Shown piece after piece: positions 26,303 through 40,603 of a stretch of 64,000 bases of DNA; the stretch's first letter is position 1, and each line of letters begins with the position of its first letter. Origin of the DNA: Paragordius varius (taxonomy: Eukaryota > Animalia > Nematomorpha). The position numbers and the translations under genes were made by a program. The notes under the pieces were generated by a model. It saw nothing but the letters and a program-made list of their open reading frames with translations. It had not been told where the DNA came from and did no database searches. The stretch lies in assembly GCA_964247055.1 (NCBI GenBank), contig OZ176057.1, positions 4,154,001 to 4,218,000 of the forward strand, given 5' to 3'.

Positions 26303-27234
26303 TTTATCAAAATTACATTATAAAGTAAAAAAATAAGTTACCAAATAAAATAATTATATATATATAATATATATATATATATAATTATATTAATTTATTG
26401 ATTGTGTTAAATAACTTTGAAATAAATATTGTTTATATTCTTCACTCGGGACTTTTATTACTTCAAAGTTAAGCTTTTGCGACACATTACATCCTATTTT
26501 GTGATTGATTAAATTATTTAAAAATAATATGTAGTGTTATGTGTAAAATAACATGGTAAAATGGATTACCTTGATTATATGTGTTGTCGAAATATAAAAA
26601 TATTTATCAAAATGAATTTGCAAAGGTCACATAGAAATGACTCAAAAATGACATTATTACAAAAAAAAACAGACTAATACGGCACCAATAAAATCGATCA
26701 TTTAGAGTGAAAACTTTTGTTTTAAAAAACTAACTACTATAAACACAATACATCATTTATGTTCGGTTAATAATGACCTTCTAAATCATTATTCATAGGT
26801 ATTATAAATATTGATTATGTGGAAAAAATTGTTTTTATATTATATTTAAATATTCCTTGTAAAATTTTGGTCATGATTGTTATAGCTTCAACAAAATTTT
26901 CAAATTAACATTGAATCACGTCCTTCGTTAGTTTTAACATTAAATAAAATATGACAAAAATGTGAAAATAAAATTTAGGGATTGGGTTTCTGATCCTTGA
27001 TAGTTTGGGTTACTAGTTCAATTATTATTTATTTTTTAAATGATAAATTGGCACATTAATTTGATTTTCCGTTTTATATTTAACAACGTTTCTTTATGCC
27101 ATCTATGTAGTGTATGGTATATATCAAGCTAGACTCTAAACACTTTTATGTGAGGGCACAGTTCAAATCATAAAACTATGAATTTTTTGCATCACTGTCA
27201 GACCTCAAGGGGATGCTGTAATAAACTTTCATAA
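23364..27234. repeat. Inverted repeat pair (arms about 23364-23642 and 26980-27234), copy 2
   Basis: Same arms as 5519-8329; also at about 42075-42353 and 45691-45945. Confidence 0.85.
24056..24337. mobile_element. Tc1/mariner-like MITE of the CAGTAAA family, present in copies 2 and 3 only
   Basis: ta|cagtaaa ... tttactg|ta with longer imperfect subterminal inversion; paralogue at 42767-43048. Confidence 0.8.
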
Positions 27235-28238
27235 TTTATATGTTAAGGATCCAAATGTTTTGCAAGACTTGGAGTTGTGATATGCTTACGATTGAAATTA
27301 TAAATTATATCGATAAATCAAAACAAAAATAGATGATTCTCGATACTTGCCTATATTTTTTTAACTTGTTTGTCCTAATTAAACATAATGGGGTAGTTTT
27401 TATTCTTAAACTTTTTATAAAACTGTTTTAAAGTTATTTTAGTTAAAATTTAATTATCAAACATTGTTCTCATGTATTATAAAAACTTTTATTTTTTACA
27501 GCTTTATAATTTTAGGCCTTAAATTGGGACAGCTCCTGAACATGATTGGAACGAACAGCTGATATTTAAAATCAAAATATATAGTTTTTGCTGGTAAAAT
27601 GCAGCCTCAAAGGGTTTTAAGACAATTATTTACAAAACCATAATATACATTTATTTCCCTGTTGTATTAACGATTAAAAAATAAAAATAGATATAGTGGC
27701 GTTCATAAAAAAAAATCTGTAATGCGCTAAAGGCAAAGAAGTATCCCAAAGACTTTTTAAGATATTCAAGTTTAAAATCGCTCTGGGATATAAATCTAAA
27801 ATCATGATTGTTAATAACATAAAATGGCTAAAATTTTAAATATATTCGTAATAATAGAAAAAATATTTCCAAAATAAATTTTTACCGATTTTGATTTATT
27901 TTAAAATACTTAGGTTTCATTAACCAATTCATAGGTATAATAATTACTCGTAATTTCAGTAAATGCACCCTTTGATAAATTAAAACAAAATTTAAGAAAA
28001 TAATACTTTATCACACTTTGTTTTAATAATTTCAACATGGTAATTTGCAGATCAAAAATTTTTTTGATTTCAATACTAATAACTCTTCAAAAAATAATGG
28101 CAAAACCCCTGATCAGCTGTTTTTTTATGTGTGTTCGTCATTTTGATTTAAAGTTCACTGAACGATTTATAGTGGCCTAATTCTAGTCATAACTTCAATA
28201 TATTTATTAAATTATATAATGAAAACTTGTTTGTATTT

Positions 28239-31200
28239 ATGATCATAATGATTTATCTAGTAAGGTCGTAGGTTAAGCCAATTATTATTGGAAAAAATAA
28301 TTAAGGATGACCCGTCGTTAACGATTATTAATTACAATTATTTTAGGTAAAAATGGTTGAAAGCCAATTCTAGTAATTGTTAATACTTAACCGAAATAAT
28401 TTGATATAATTAATTTTAACCTGTTTTTAGGATCGAATAGCTATTGTTATAAAACCGCACTCTTGCCATTAGCCATTTTTTATAAACTCAAGGATTATTT
28501 GGATTGAACAATGTTATAATTGCATTTTAATTGGAGTTTACAGCGTGTATAGAAGTTATTTGATTTTAGATAATAATTCCAATTCCATCACTTCTAATTG
28601 GTTCCAAGCCATAGCCGGACGCCTTATTGCTAAGTTGACCAGATTGAAAGACTCAAATTTAACAAACTTTAACTTAAATAATAGGTATATACCCCAATAA
28701 TTGACACTTTTACATAACACATTTTTTTAAACGATATGAGAAATTAATTTTGAAAAGTTGTGCATTGTAAATGTTATCCCAAATTGGATTTATTAAATTT
28801 TAGAATATTTCGGTTTTGATTCTATTAAATTTAATTATATATTATATAGTTTACTGCAACCACACGTTCTTAACACTAAAATCTTCAACTTCGAGCACAA
28901 AATTATACAATACTCAAAGTTTATACCTGAATTTGCCAGACAAAACTTAAACGCAACCAAAAGCCTTCTTGAATCTACAACACTAGATGAGAATTCTATT
29001 CCTATGTACAATGCATTGACGATAATTAAAAATTTGACACAGTCTAATTCCAGCAAACATGAAATGAATTTCGGATTTAAAGATATGGCTGAAAGAATAA
29101 CATTGGAAGAAAGTTCAGTTTTGCCGCTCACAAATTTGGATAACACATTTCATTTTGAAAATAAGGAACTCATTGACACAAATATGAATAAATTAAATTT
29201 CTATACGTTTGAAACCAACAACCAAACAGAATATATCGTTATATCAAACCAAAATATAAGTTTGAGCACCAATTTTGGCACGCAAAATAATTTAATAAAC
29301 GCAGAACGGAGGTCAACAACCAAAACACCACAAACAGGAAATCTAACTCAGGACATGATTTTTTTGGAAAGCCTTTAAAAATACTTCTAATGTTAGTCAG
29401 TCATCTGATAAACTTAATCAAAATTTTAAATATACTACCCCATTCTATTCGATTCCTGTAAATCATGGTAACATTGCAACAAATACACTAAAATTATTGT
29501 TAAATCTCAAACCGTCAAAAACAATAAGAATGGTTACCATTTTTAATTTAATCAATAATTTTACAACACCTTTACCACAAACTAAAAGCGCTGTTGGGCA
29601 CAGTTATAATTCTCCAAAAAATATTTTAAGCAATCACTTATACAAAACGGAAGATTTCAATATCTTGTTTGGGGGCGAAAGCAAACTTGAAAAACCCGAT
29701 TTTTATAAAAATCAAGCCTTTACCATGACCACACCTCCGAATATACCGTTAGAGGAAATCGTTAAAATTAAGCACAAATCCCACAAGCATGGCGGTTCAG
29801 GATCTGACTTTTCTTACACAAGAGATTTAAATAATAAGTTTGTTATGAAACTTTATATAATACAGAGCTTGACCATGATAGATTATGAAAGTTGAATCAG
29901 GGATAATTAAACCAAATGGTTTCCGGGCCGCATTTTTGTTTCAAAACTGGCGGGCTACATTCCTAAATTATATGGGCAATAATGAACATTTTAATAGATT
30001 TTAGATATTATACTGTAAAAAATTACAAAAACCCTATTTAAAATTTATTTTGAAAAGATTTATTAAAAATAACTTCAAGAAACATCAATTTTTGTACTGT
30101 AAATAGCATATTAAATTATGAGATGATTGCCTATTTTTTCGCGGGCTGCACAATTGGGACAGAAATTTCCCAAAAGTTTCTAGAAAATCTTCAATTGATT
30201 TATCTTAATAAGTCAAGTTTTTTCAAATGACATTTATGACTAGAATAAATAAAACCCGTTCCCATTAGACAAATTATTTTTTAATAAAATAATTATATTA
30301 CATGCAATAAAATATTTTAAACAAAGACCCCAACATTGACAAATTGTGTTTAAATAGGCTCTTGTCCTTGAAAGTAAACAAATATCTACAATGGGATATA
30401 TTATATGGTTTAATTTTATATTGCACCATACCAATAGTTGAAAACATACCTTATATATAAAAACTTCTTATATAAAATAATGGCGCCAACATTAGCTCCT
30501 AGAATTTTAAGAAAGATTAAATTGAACGCAAATATATAAATATCTAAATTTATTAATATACGATTGCTATTGAATTGCACAAACATATTGTTGATTTTTA
30601 CTATAACATACACCTTCTTCGTGAAAACGCCTTAAGCTTGTTTTAAATGCAAGATATCTATCTCGATAAATTTACGAAACCTATTTTTTGTAAGCCTATG
30701 AAAAACCGAAACGGTTTGGATAATATATATATTTATATTAACAAAATTAGCTTTATTAAGCATATAACTTTTAAAAAATTTGACATGATGTGCGCTAATC
30801 TATCAATGTTTGGATTGGTCAATTATAGATTTTCATTTTCTAAAATCAATTTTATCGCAAACTATAATAATTATTTCATTTAAACTTAAATATAATCCCT
30901 AAAAAATATTTCTTAAAAAAAATTAAAAATATCGATTGTATGCACCAAGAGAACATGCAGGCCTCTGAGACGTTCTGTACAGCCAGCGTAAAAATAAAAA
31001 AATACCAAACAAATTTGAAATTATAAAAATTAAGATTAATTCTAAGATAATACAATACATTGTTATAAAAAAGCTTGAATTGTCAGATCCTTATAACTAT
31101 TACTTGGATTTCTCCACCAGTGATCGTTCGGTAAAGAGTTTTTATGCCATAAGACAATAATTAAATTGGACCTCACAGAGTATACTATCGGTTCTTTTGT

Positions 31201-31915
31201 TTTTATATTTTTAAATGTGACCTGCAAAGTTTTGTGTAGGGGGCTCTGAATATCCTAATTAATATGCAACTGGTATGCTAAAAAGCTACCATTGACCTAT
31301 GATTATACCTGACAGTTTTCTTTTAAGGTAATAATCCAACTAAACGGATAATTTATTTCATATTAATTTAAATTTTGTAGATTTGATTTATTGGACCCGA
31401 ACAATCCGGATGATATGAAACGATACATGCTTTCAGCTTTTGACAAAAATCATAATATTTATAAAGAAATGGGTTTGACCCCCTATAAAAATACATTCAA
31501 AGATCAAAATAGGGATAAGTCAATGGTCGTGGTAAATGAACAAATTCATCAACATGATGGTTTTCATGCCAATCTGTCAAATGGCCATTTACCCTCTATA
31601 AGTATATTTTAAAATGTTGTGCATAAAACCCCTTATTTGAGATAATTTTTTTTGAAAATGCGTTTTCTCTTATTCACAAAAAAAGCATGGTCGGAATGGG
31701 GTGAATGGAGCCCTTGTAGTGTAGGATGTGGGAAAGGTTATCAAATGCGACAAAAACATTGCCAAGGACCTGCTCAGAGCTGTGGGGGACCCTTGCTTGA
31801 TATTCGAATTTGCGAAGTTTTAGCTGAAACTGGGAAACCAAATCTTACCACCACCATCCATGACAACATACAAAGAGATGATTCAAGCAAATTTAACGAA
31901 ACTCATTTCTTTTGA
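28239..31915 (+). pseudogene. TSP1-repeat secreted protein, copy 2 (large exon frameshifted)
   Basis: The exon starting at 28850 is broken into ORFs 29004-29378 and 29497-29895 by indels; the upstream ATG is out of frame (atgaaaact vs atgaaaaact); the TSP1 exon is intact. Confidence 0.75.
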
Positions 31916-32166
31916 ACAAGAAAATAAATTTGAATTAAGTTGATATTATTTCACTTACAAACAAGCTTATTCCTTTTTAAAATATAAAAAATAATACATT
32001 AATCGAAAACCATGACCGTATCTAAACTATTGAAAAATGTATTTATTAAATATGTTAAATAAATTTCCATGATGAAAGAGGAAGCATACTGTTTTGATAA
32101 CATAGGGTTTAATATACCGGAAAAAATGTGTTATACAAAAGTAATTACTCTCTCGTTTATACAATG

Positions 32167-34120
32167 TTAATTTTGTCTATGAAGAAAATTTTGTATATCA
32201 TCCCGAGTTACCAGGACTTTGTTCAATGAATTAATATGGTATTTTTTGCTTTTGCCATCTTTATCATTATTGCTGCTGCTGAATAAATTTGGATTTTTAT
32301 CGACACATTTCCACGATAAAGATTTTGCATTGAAATGTCGACAAAATTTGTCCAAATTTTCCGTTTGCATAGCATTAATATTATTATGGTTAAAATTTAT
32401 ACCACAGTTATTATCGTGGGATATCGTCCCCGTGGAATCTAAAGGATCAAAAGGAATAATAATATTATTACAATTATTTGTGATAGTAGAAATTCGAAAC
32501 TATTCGTAATAACTTTTATTCAATTTATTTAACATGGTAAAAGTTTATTTTAGGAATATGTATTGCACTATAAAAAAAGTATCTTATAGTATGAGAAATT
32601 ATCAAAAACAATAATAAACTATATTTTTTTATAAATATCGTTGGGATTTAAAAATTAAAAAGTTTAACATGTTTTACCTACCATTTTGATCGGAACCATC
32701 TATTTTTTTATGATTCCAAGTATGTGGTCCTTGAGGCAAAAGACTTAATGATAAGGAGCCAAGCACATTCTTACAAGCATTGGCATCATTTATTTCGTTA
32801 TTTAATTGGGTCCCCGTAAAATGTTGATGGGCTAACATATTATGAGTTATTTGTCCTACCTTACGATTTATATCGCTCCAACATGATGTTTCTGCTGGAT
32901 GATATGATTGATTTCGGGGTGATGGATTATTCGCAATGTAAATATCCAAATTAATGGTATGAGTGTTTGGGGCGTAGATGTCACGTGAAATTCTTAAAAA
33001 ATTTGGCTTTAATTCATTGTAACGTAAAGGATCTTCAAAGGATTGTACTAAAGATTTTTTTGCGGGCCGGGGTTGGATACCAATTTAGAGTCTAAATTAA
33101 TCTTAGGAAGTTGTTTAAATGAATCCTTGGCAAAATTATCTCTAATATTGCCAACTTGGGAATTTTCATTGGTTGAAGAGGAGGGAATGTAAAATGTTGA
33201 TCGAGAAAGTTTTTTCAAATCTAAAAAATTACAGCAAAATATTATAAAAAAATTGTGTACAATTAATGTAATTTAAGTATCATTTTTATTTTGTGGTCAT
33301 CAGTTTTACAGATTAACTTTAATATTTTAGATGTATTATTTGATATTGATTGATCATTAATTTAAATAAGAGGGAGAAACCAAAATATGAAGGTTTTATG
33401 TTAATGCAAATATATTAAATAATATAATAAGCGTAAATTAAGGTATTTTATACCAAAATGCGGAAAACATTTTGACAAAAGGCATTCATAAAATGCCCGT
33501 CCAATTCCAATTTTTTTGAACAAACCAAAGCATTTTAAAAAACAAAATTAGGGCAAAAAAATAACCAGCATTGTTTAACTGATATGAGGAGCATTTTGAT
33601 GGAAAAAGTCTCGTGAGATGTAAATAATTGCAGGCATCAGAAAACGTTTTAGATCTCATGGGTGGTAATATTTGTGGTGTAGCTTCAGGTTGTGTTAATT
33701 CTTTTTGTAATAAAGTTACATTATTCATGTTAAGCTCTAAATTATAATCCAAAATTTTGGCTTGAGAACAGGTCGAAACCGTTGAAGAATCGAAAAAACC
33801 TGTACCGTTTTCAGCGCAAATTTTATCCCTAACATTACCCATATACTTTTGAAGCGCATTCTGTTTTCCAGAATTTATGATTGACTCAAAATTGTAATTA
33901 TTTGTTGTTTATTTTATACGTATTTTGACGCATAAAATTGGACCCGATTCCGTATTATGTAAGGTGGTGTTTTGATTTGACAAGTCATAATTTTTGTTTT
34001 TTAAATCCATGGTGGACTTAAAGAAGATATAGTATATCAACATACGCATTTGGATTTTCTCTATAAATTCACTTTCGTTTATCATTTCATGATCTAAACA
34101 AAATTAAACATGAAAAATAT
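32167..34120 (-). pseudogene. Orphan 3' exons of the OTUD7-like gene, copy 2
   Basis: Same TAA stop as copy 1 near 33910 and a 1-nt frameshift near 33055. Confidence 0.85.
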
Positions 34121-34202
34121 CCAAATTTAAGGTTATATTTAATAATACAAGATAATCTTATGTGAGACGGAAATACACAATTTATAACTGTTAAAAACTT
34201 AC

Positions 34203-34246
<44 letters not shown>

Positions 34247-34251
34247 TATAT

Positions 34252-37200
34252 GGCCAACAAAGTCCTACACCTCCCCGCGGTCTTGGCTGGGGCATGAAAA
34301 GGCTCTAACGGCAAAGGCCAGTTTTCTAATGATCTATCATAAGTTATACACAAGGGCATGTTTTACGTAAAAAATTGCCTTAATAAAATTGAAGTATTAA
34401 AATGTTAAATATTAAAACCATACCACCATCTCAAATAACAATAATAATCCAACTTATAATTATTTTGATAATATATCCTATTTACATTTTTATACACTTT
34501 ATATTTTTTGATATATACTTTGAATAATAATAATAACATACCAAAATAACTATGGATAAAATAAATGGTACCCTCAATAATAATAATAAAACAGTTCTGA
34601 AATTTGCCACATGTAATAAGGGTAAACAATATATTTATGATAACAAACATTTTTAGCCAAAACAATATAGATAAATGTTGCATCCATGAGAGGTGAGGGA
34701 TTGTAAAACTTAGACGAATACACATTAGTCTATGAAGGAAATGACAAGGGTCAAGGTGGTGTTGCAATTTTTATAAAATACTATCGTGATAACATAATTG
34801 ATGTAATAAGACATAATCCAAAAATGATTCAAATAAAAATTTTGAGATAATGTATACGCACTTCAATCTGGCCTAAGCGAAACATGAAAAACGAATATTG
34901 GGACCTCTATGATTTAATGAACAAAACTACTGTTAGCGAACGAACTTTTGTTGGTGGTGCTTTTATTTGCCATATTAGTAATGATAACAATGATTACCAT
35001 GGCGTTCATGGAGGAAATGGTGGAACTGATAAGATGGGTCAGAGTTTACTAGAATTTGGTAATGCAACTCAACTTATAGTTTCAAATACCCATTAAAAAC
35101 CAATCAGCATATAACATATAATTCTGGTAACCACTCATCTATAGACTTCATATTACCTCCCAAAAATATTATGAAACATCTAACAAACATAAAAACTTAC
35201 TATCAATCCTCTTACCAACACAAGCTAACAAGATCATTTATAATTATTGAGAAAATCAATAAGACCGTATTTCAACCACAAAAAATAAATATAGCAAAAT
35301 TAAAGCATCCAAAATTATTATCCGAATATACTCAAAACATAGATTAAAATCTACCGGAACAAAACAATGTCGAAATTTTATGGTAAAATTTTATATCCAA
35401 AATTCTTACATCTGCTAAAAACCAGTGCGGTTTTACTAAACATATGAGACAACGGAAAAGTTGGTGGTGGAAAAAAGATAAACCATTAATGCGGGAATGC
35501 GAAGCCTATAATAAATGAAAATTTTCAAAAAGTAATGATGATAAAATAGTTAATAATGATAAAAAACGAGATGTTCAAAAGGCCATTCGACGCGCCATTA
35601 ATGAAAAATCTGTTAAAATTACCGAAATAGAAAAAGACTTTAAAAACCAAACGATCTTTAATAGACTTAAAAACCCTAACAATAGTAAAAAAGATGTGAA
35701 ACCATAAAATGTATTAAAGATGATGATGATAATATATCAAATCCTTCGAAAGTTCTATAAATTTGGAAAACGAACTTCGAAAAGCAACTCAACCAAGTAA
35801 TTCCGACCAATCATTTTAGCACGGTTGCACCAGTAGCTGGTTCCATACAAAAAATCACCATAGATGAAGACACAGAAATCAATAAATTAAAAAGCAACAT
35901 CCAGGCCCCAGCCTTTCAGTCGACCTCATGCGACCCATCAAAGATACTGCAGAGTATCTGATTAAATTCTTTAACCAAATAATAATTACAAACCAAACTC
36001 CCAGATATTGGAAGAACATCATTAATTCTCATATATAAAATTAAAGCGATCGACTAAAAACATCCTACAGACCTCTGAACTTAACACACACTTAAATTAT
36101 TCGAAATTATATTAGAAAAGAGGCTGAGAAATCATATAAACATAGATTCAAATCAGTTTCAATTCCGTCCAAACAGTAGCACAATAGATCCCTTGTTTGT
36201 GCTAAGATGCTTACAAGAAAAATATCTGGAATAGAAACAAAAGCTATACCATGTTTATAGATCTGCAACGTGCGTTTGTTCAAATACCATGCTTCACAAT
36301 TCAATGGGCACTGCGTAAAAACGGAATAGAGGAACATACTATACTAATCATATTACTACTTTATAAAAAAACAACAACCAACATTAGAGCCAATATCGGC
36401 AATACAAGCAATTTTCCAACCAACGCTGGACTACATCAAGGTTCAGTCCTAAGCCCCCTTTTCATTGCTATAATGGATGCGGCAACGCAAGACATAAGAA
36501 CCGAGTGCCCTTGGGCAATGTTATTCGCCAACGACCTTGTGATAACGACACGATCTTGGGATCAACTGGTAAATAATACCAAGTGGAAATGCCAGAACAA
36601 TATGGAATGATTATAAACCCGACAAAAACAAAAATAATGATAACGGTTGAAAGTGATACACCCAGATACCCTGCTCCATTTGCAGAATGAATGTAGGTTC
36701 AAATTTCATTAAATGCATATCATGTCAAATGTAACTACACAAAAAGTGCTCTAAAATAAAAGGCAAGTTAACAAATGCAATAAATTTAAATGTTTAAATT
36801 GTTTAGACCCCAGTAATAATAATTTGAATCCATTAAAGTTACCTAACATTGATGGTCATAATATCAAATTGGTAGACTCTTTTGTTTACTTAGGAGATGT
36901 AACATCTCAAGGCAGCCTACAAAAGGATTTTGAAAGAAGAATCCAACAAGCTTGGATATAATATAATCAGTTAAGATATGTATTACAAAACAAAAATATT
37001 AACAATAATAATAAATGGTATTCAAAGCAGGCATAAGACCAGCTCTTACCCATGGTTCCACTTGGGCATGCAAAACTAATCAAACAAAACTCCTAACTAC
37101 TGAGAGCCGAATACTCAGCTGCTTTTGCACATTAGAAATACCAACTTTTTAGTAAAAAATCCGATAAAATCGATTATATCATCCAAACTAAGAGATTGCA

Positions 37201-37308
37201 TCTCTACGGTCATACTCGAAGAAGAGACGCCACATACCTTTTAAAAACTGTTGAAAACATTAATGTTGGTGGCAAAAGAAGAAAGGGGTGACCACTCATT
37301 TCTTATAA
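34252..37308 (+). mobile_element. Decayed RTE-clade LINE, copy 2
   Basis: Nearly identical to 15529-18593, including the FAND change and the 3' truncation point. Confidence 0.92.
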
Positions 37309-40235
37309 TCTATATATTTATAAAAATGGAAAACGCATGCTTTGTGATCTGTTTCCGGAAAACCGGTAGACCCATTCAATACCAAATGTCGAAAAATAAA
37401 CGTTAATGAATGCAAGGACCATAGCTTCTTCTTATATTGGTCCCCAGTTCGGGCCCACCTCGTGTAAAAAACGGTTTTTTTTTGAAAACATAAGTCCACA
37501 AAAATCGGGTCTATGAGACAATTTTGCGGAAAACGTGTTGGACCATTCGATTTCAAATATTTTATTTCTTTACTTTTTTTCGATTTCGCCGAACATAGTC
37601 GGCTCGCTTTTTTAATCTAGGCCCTCTTTTTACCCGCTCCCACCGTAAAATGCCATTTTTTTCAAAAAAATTGTCCACAAAAATAATTTTGAATCTATTT
37701 TTGGCCCAGGGTATGAGACCGTAAAAATTCAATAAGGACCCAGGGATTCCCTGTTTAAGGGTGAAAATTTTAGTCGTGCGTTTTTTTTAATTGGCTGCTG
37801 GGTAAGGAGATACCCGCTAAAAACTGCGCCATCATTTCGAAATAGCGTGCCTTTGGGGCTGAATTTCAGAAAACCTATCAAGCCATATGAGTTCAATTGG
37901 TTTTTAAAATGTTACCCGCAACAAGGCAAAAATTTAGGTCGTACGGTTTTTTGATTAGCCGTTAATTAAGCCGCCCTGAAGAATGCGCCACCATAGAATG
38001 ATTTTTTAGTTTTGAAGCCATTCTTCCAAAAACTATTAGGAACATAAGGAATCAATCATGATTCCATGTATACTCCGTAAAAAGGCAAAAAATTTTATCG
38101 AGTGTTTTTTGTTTAACCCTGGTTAGGGGGCTACTTGCGTAAAACTGCTTCACCATATCGATACAGCATTCATTTGGAGCCAAATTTCAGAAAACTTATG
38201 AGTCTAATTATGATAATTCCAGATATTTACCCCATATAAAGGCAATAATTTTGCCCAATGCATTTTTTATATCTGCCCCAGTAAGGAGCTAACCGCCAAA
38301 AACTGCGCCACTATATGAAAATTGCCTTGTTTTGGAGCTAATTTACAGAAAATTTATAAAACCATATGAGCTCATTAAAAGCTTGAAATATTACCAGTAA
38401 CTAGTTAATAAAAGTCAAACCTTTTTTATTAGCCGTTAATTTGGAGCCTTTATGTCCTAAAAAGCCATCAATTAACGATTATTTAGTGTTGAGGTTTTTT
38501 TCGAACCCATGAGACGATGGTATCAAAGAGGATTCCAAATATTTGCTTTATAAGGGCAAAGAATTTAACTCATCGCTTTTTCCATATAGGTCTATGGGTA
38601 GGGGTCTACCGGTTCAGAAATGAGACGCCATACAAAAGTGGTTTTGGAGCTAATTTTCAAAAAACTTAAGAAGCCATACGAGTTCAGTTAAACACATTTC
38701 TGGGGAATTTGTGCAATATTCTTTCCTTTTAAAAGGGACCACAAATGATTAACTTTTTATAATTGATCCCGCTGTGTGAAAATTTTGAAATAAAACTTTT
38801 AACTATGATTTCGAAAAACAAAAAGCTTAAAATACCAATGATTGTTGAATAATAACTTAAATAAGGGATAAATATGCTCAATTGCGAGTAAACAATATTT
38901 GAGCCTATGCTAAAACCCGTGAATGAATAATTAAAGACTTATTTAATATGTTTTCTATTTGTTTATCTCCATTACCTCTACTAAGTCCACAAAAATTGTG
39001 TCTTTGAGGCAATTTACCGGAAAACGTGTAGGACATTCGAATTCAAATATGATTTTTATTTACTTTATTTTGATTGGGCCGAACATAGTCAGCTCGCTTC
39101 TTTAATTTAGGCCTCTTTTTACCCGCTCCCCCCGTAAAATGGCTTTTTTTCAAAAAACAAAGTCCACAAAAATATTTTTTTGATTCTATTTTCCGCCCAA
39201 AGTATGAGACCGTAAAATTCAAAAAGGATTCCAGGTATTTTCTGTTAAAAGGCAAAAATTTTAGTTAAGCGTTTCTATGATAGCTGCTGGGTAAGGAGAT
39301 ACCCGCTAAAAACTGACCCGTCATATTGAAATAGCGCGCCTTTGGGGCTAAATTTCAGAAAACCTATCAGACCATATGAGTCAATGGCTGCTTAAAGTAT
39401 TACCCGTAACAAGGCAAAAATTTAGATCTTGCGGTTTTTTAAAATTAGCGGTTAATTAGGCCCTTCACGCGCTGAGAAATGTGCCACCATAAAATGATTT
39501 TTGAGGCAATTTTTCCAAAAACTACATATGGTCAATCATGATTCCAGGTATTCTCCGTAAAAAAGCAAAAATTTTAATCAAGCTCTTTTTTGTATCAGCC
39601 ACTGGGTAAGCTACCCGCCAACTGCGCCACTATATAGAAATTGCGTTGTTTTGGAACTAATTTAAAGATTATGCCATATGAGCTCATTTATAGTTCGAAA
39701 TAGTACCCGTAACGGGGTAATTAAGGTCAAACCTTTATTAATTAGCCGTTAATTTGGGGGTTTTATGTCCTAATAGTACGCCATCATTATTTAGTGTTGA
39801 GGTATTTTTTCGAATAACCCATCAGGCGATGGTCTCAAAGATGATTTCGAATATTTTCCCTATAAATCAAAAAATTTAACTTAGCTCTTTTTCCATACAG
39901 GCCTATGGGAAAAGGTCTACCGAGACGCTATACAAAAATGGCGTGGCTTGGAGCTAATTTTCAAATGTAAGAAGCCATACTTCAAAAACGGCTTTGAATA
40001 TTACCCATTAAAAGGTAAAAATTATAGTATAGCGGTTTTTTCCGTTAGCCGTCAATTTGGGGCCTTTACACCAGTGAACAATATAGTATGAATGCACCGT
40101 TTAGAAAATCCTATGATATCATAGTATTAAATAATGTTTCGAAATAATCCACAAAATCCCTTTTTATAGCCCCCTCCCCCCATCCGCCCTGGAAGTCCGA
40201 AGGACTTCCTAGGGAGCATCAAGAATTTACGCTAG
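37309..40235 (+). mobile_element. Non-autonomous Helitron, copy 2
   Basis: A|TC ... hairpin ... CTAG|T, as in 18594-21524. Confidence 0.85.
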
Positions 40236-40603
40236 TTATAATTAAAACTCCGTTTTATCAAAAAATATGTATTTTTTATTTAAAAGTAAATAATTCTCCC
40301 TTCATGTTTACAATTCGTGTTTAGTATACATCCAATATTGAATTTTATATTCAAGTATACATAAGCCTATATTATCACTAATTATTTTGGAGGAATTGCA
40401 GAACGGTTGTTTAATACTTTTAAAACATTTTTTGTTAATAAAGGTCTTATAAAATAAGCACCTGATTTTATGGATCCAGAATGTTATAAAAAATTTTAAA
40501 CATCATATCACATAAAAATACAATATATAATTATTTATATGACGTTAAGCTTAAGTATTTATAAAATTTCAGAGCATACACAGTATATAGCACACATAGT
40601 GGA

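Larger units (their letters stand above)
21525..34204. repeat. Segmental duplication block X, copy 2
   Basis: ORF coordinates are offset by 18711 from copy 3 over the left part; collinear with copy 1. Confidence 0.95.
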
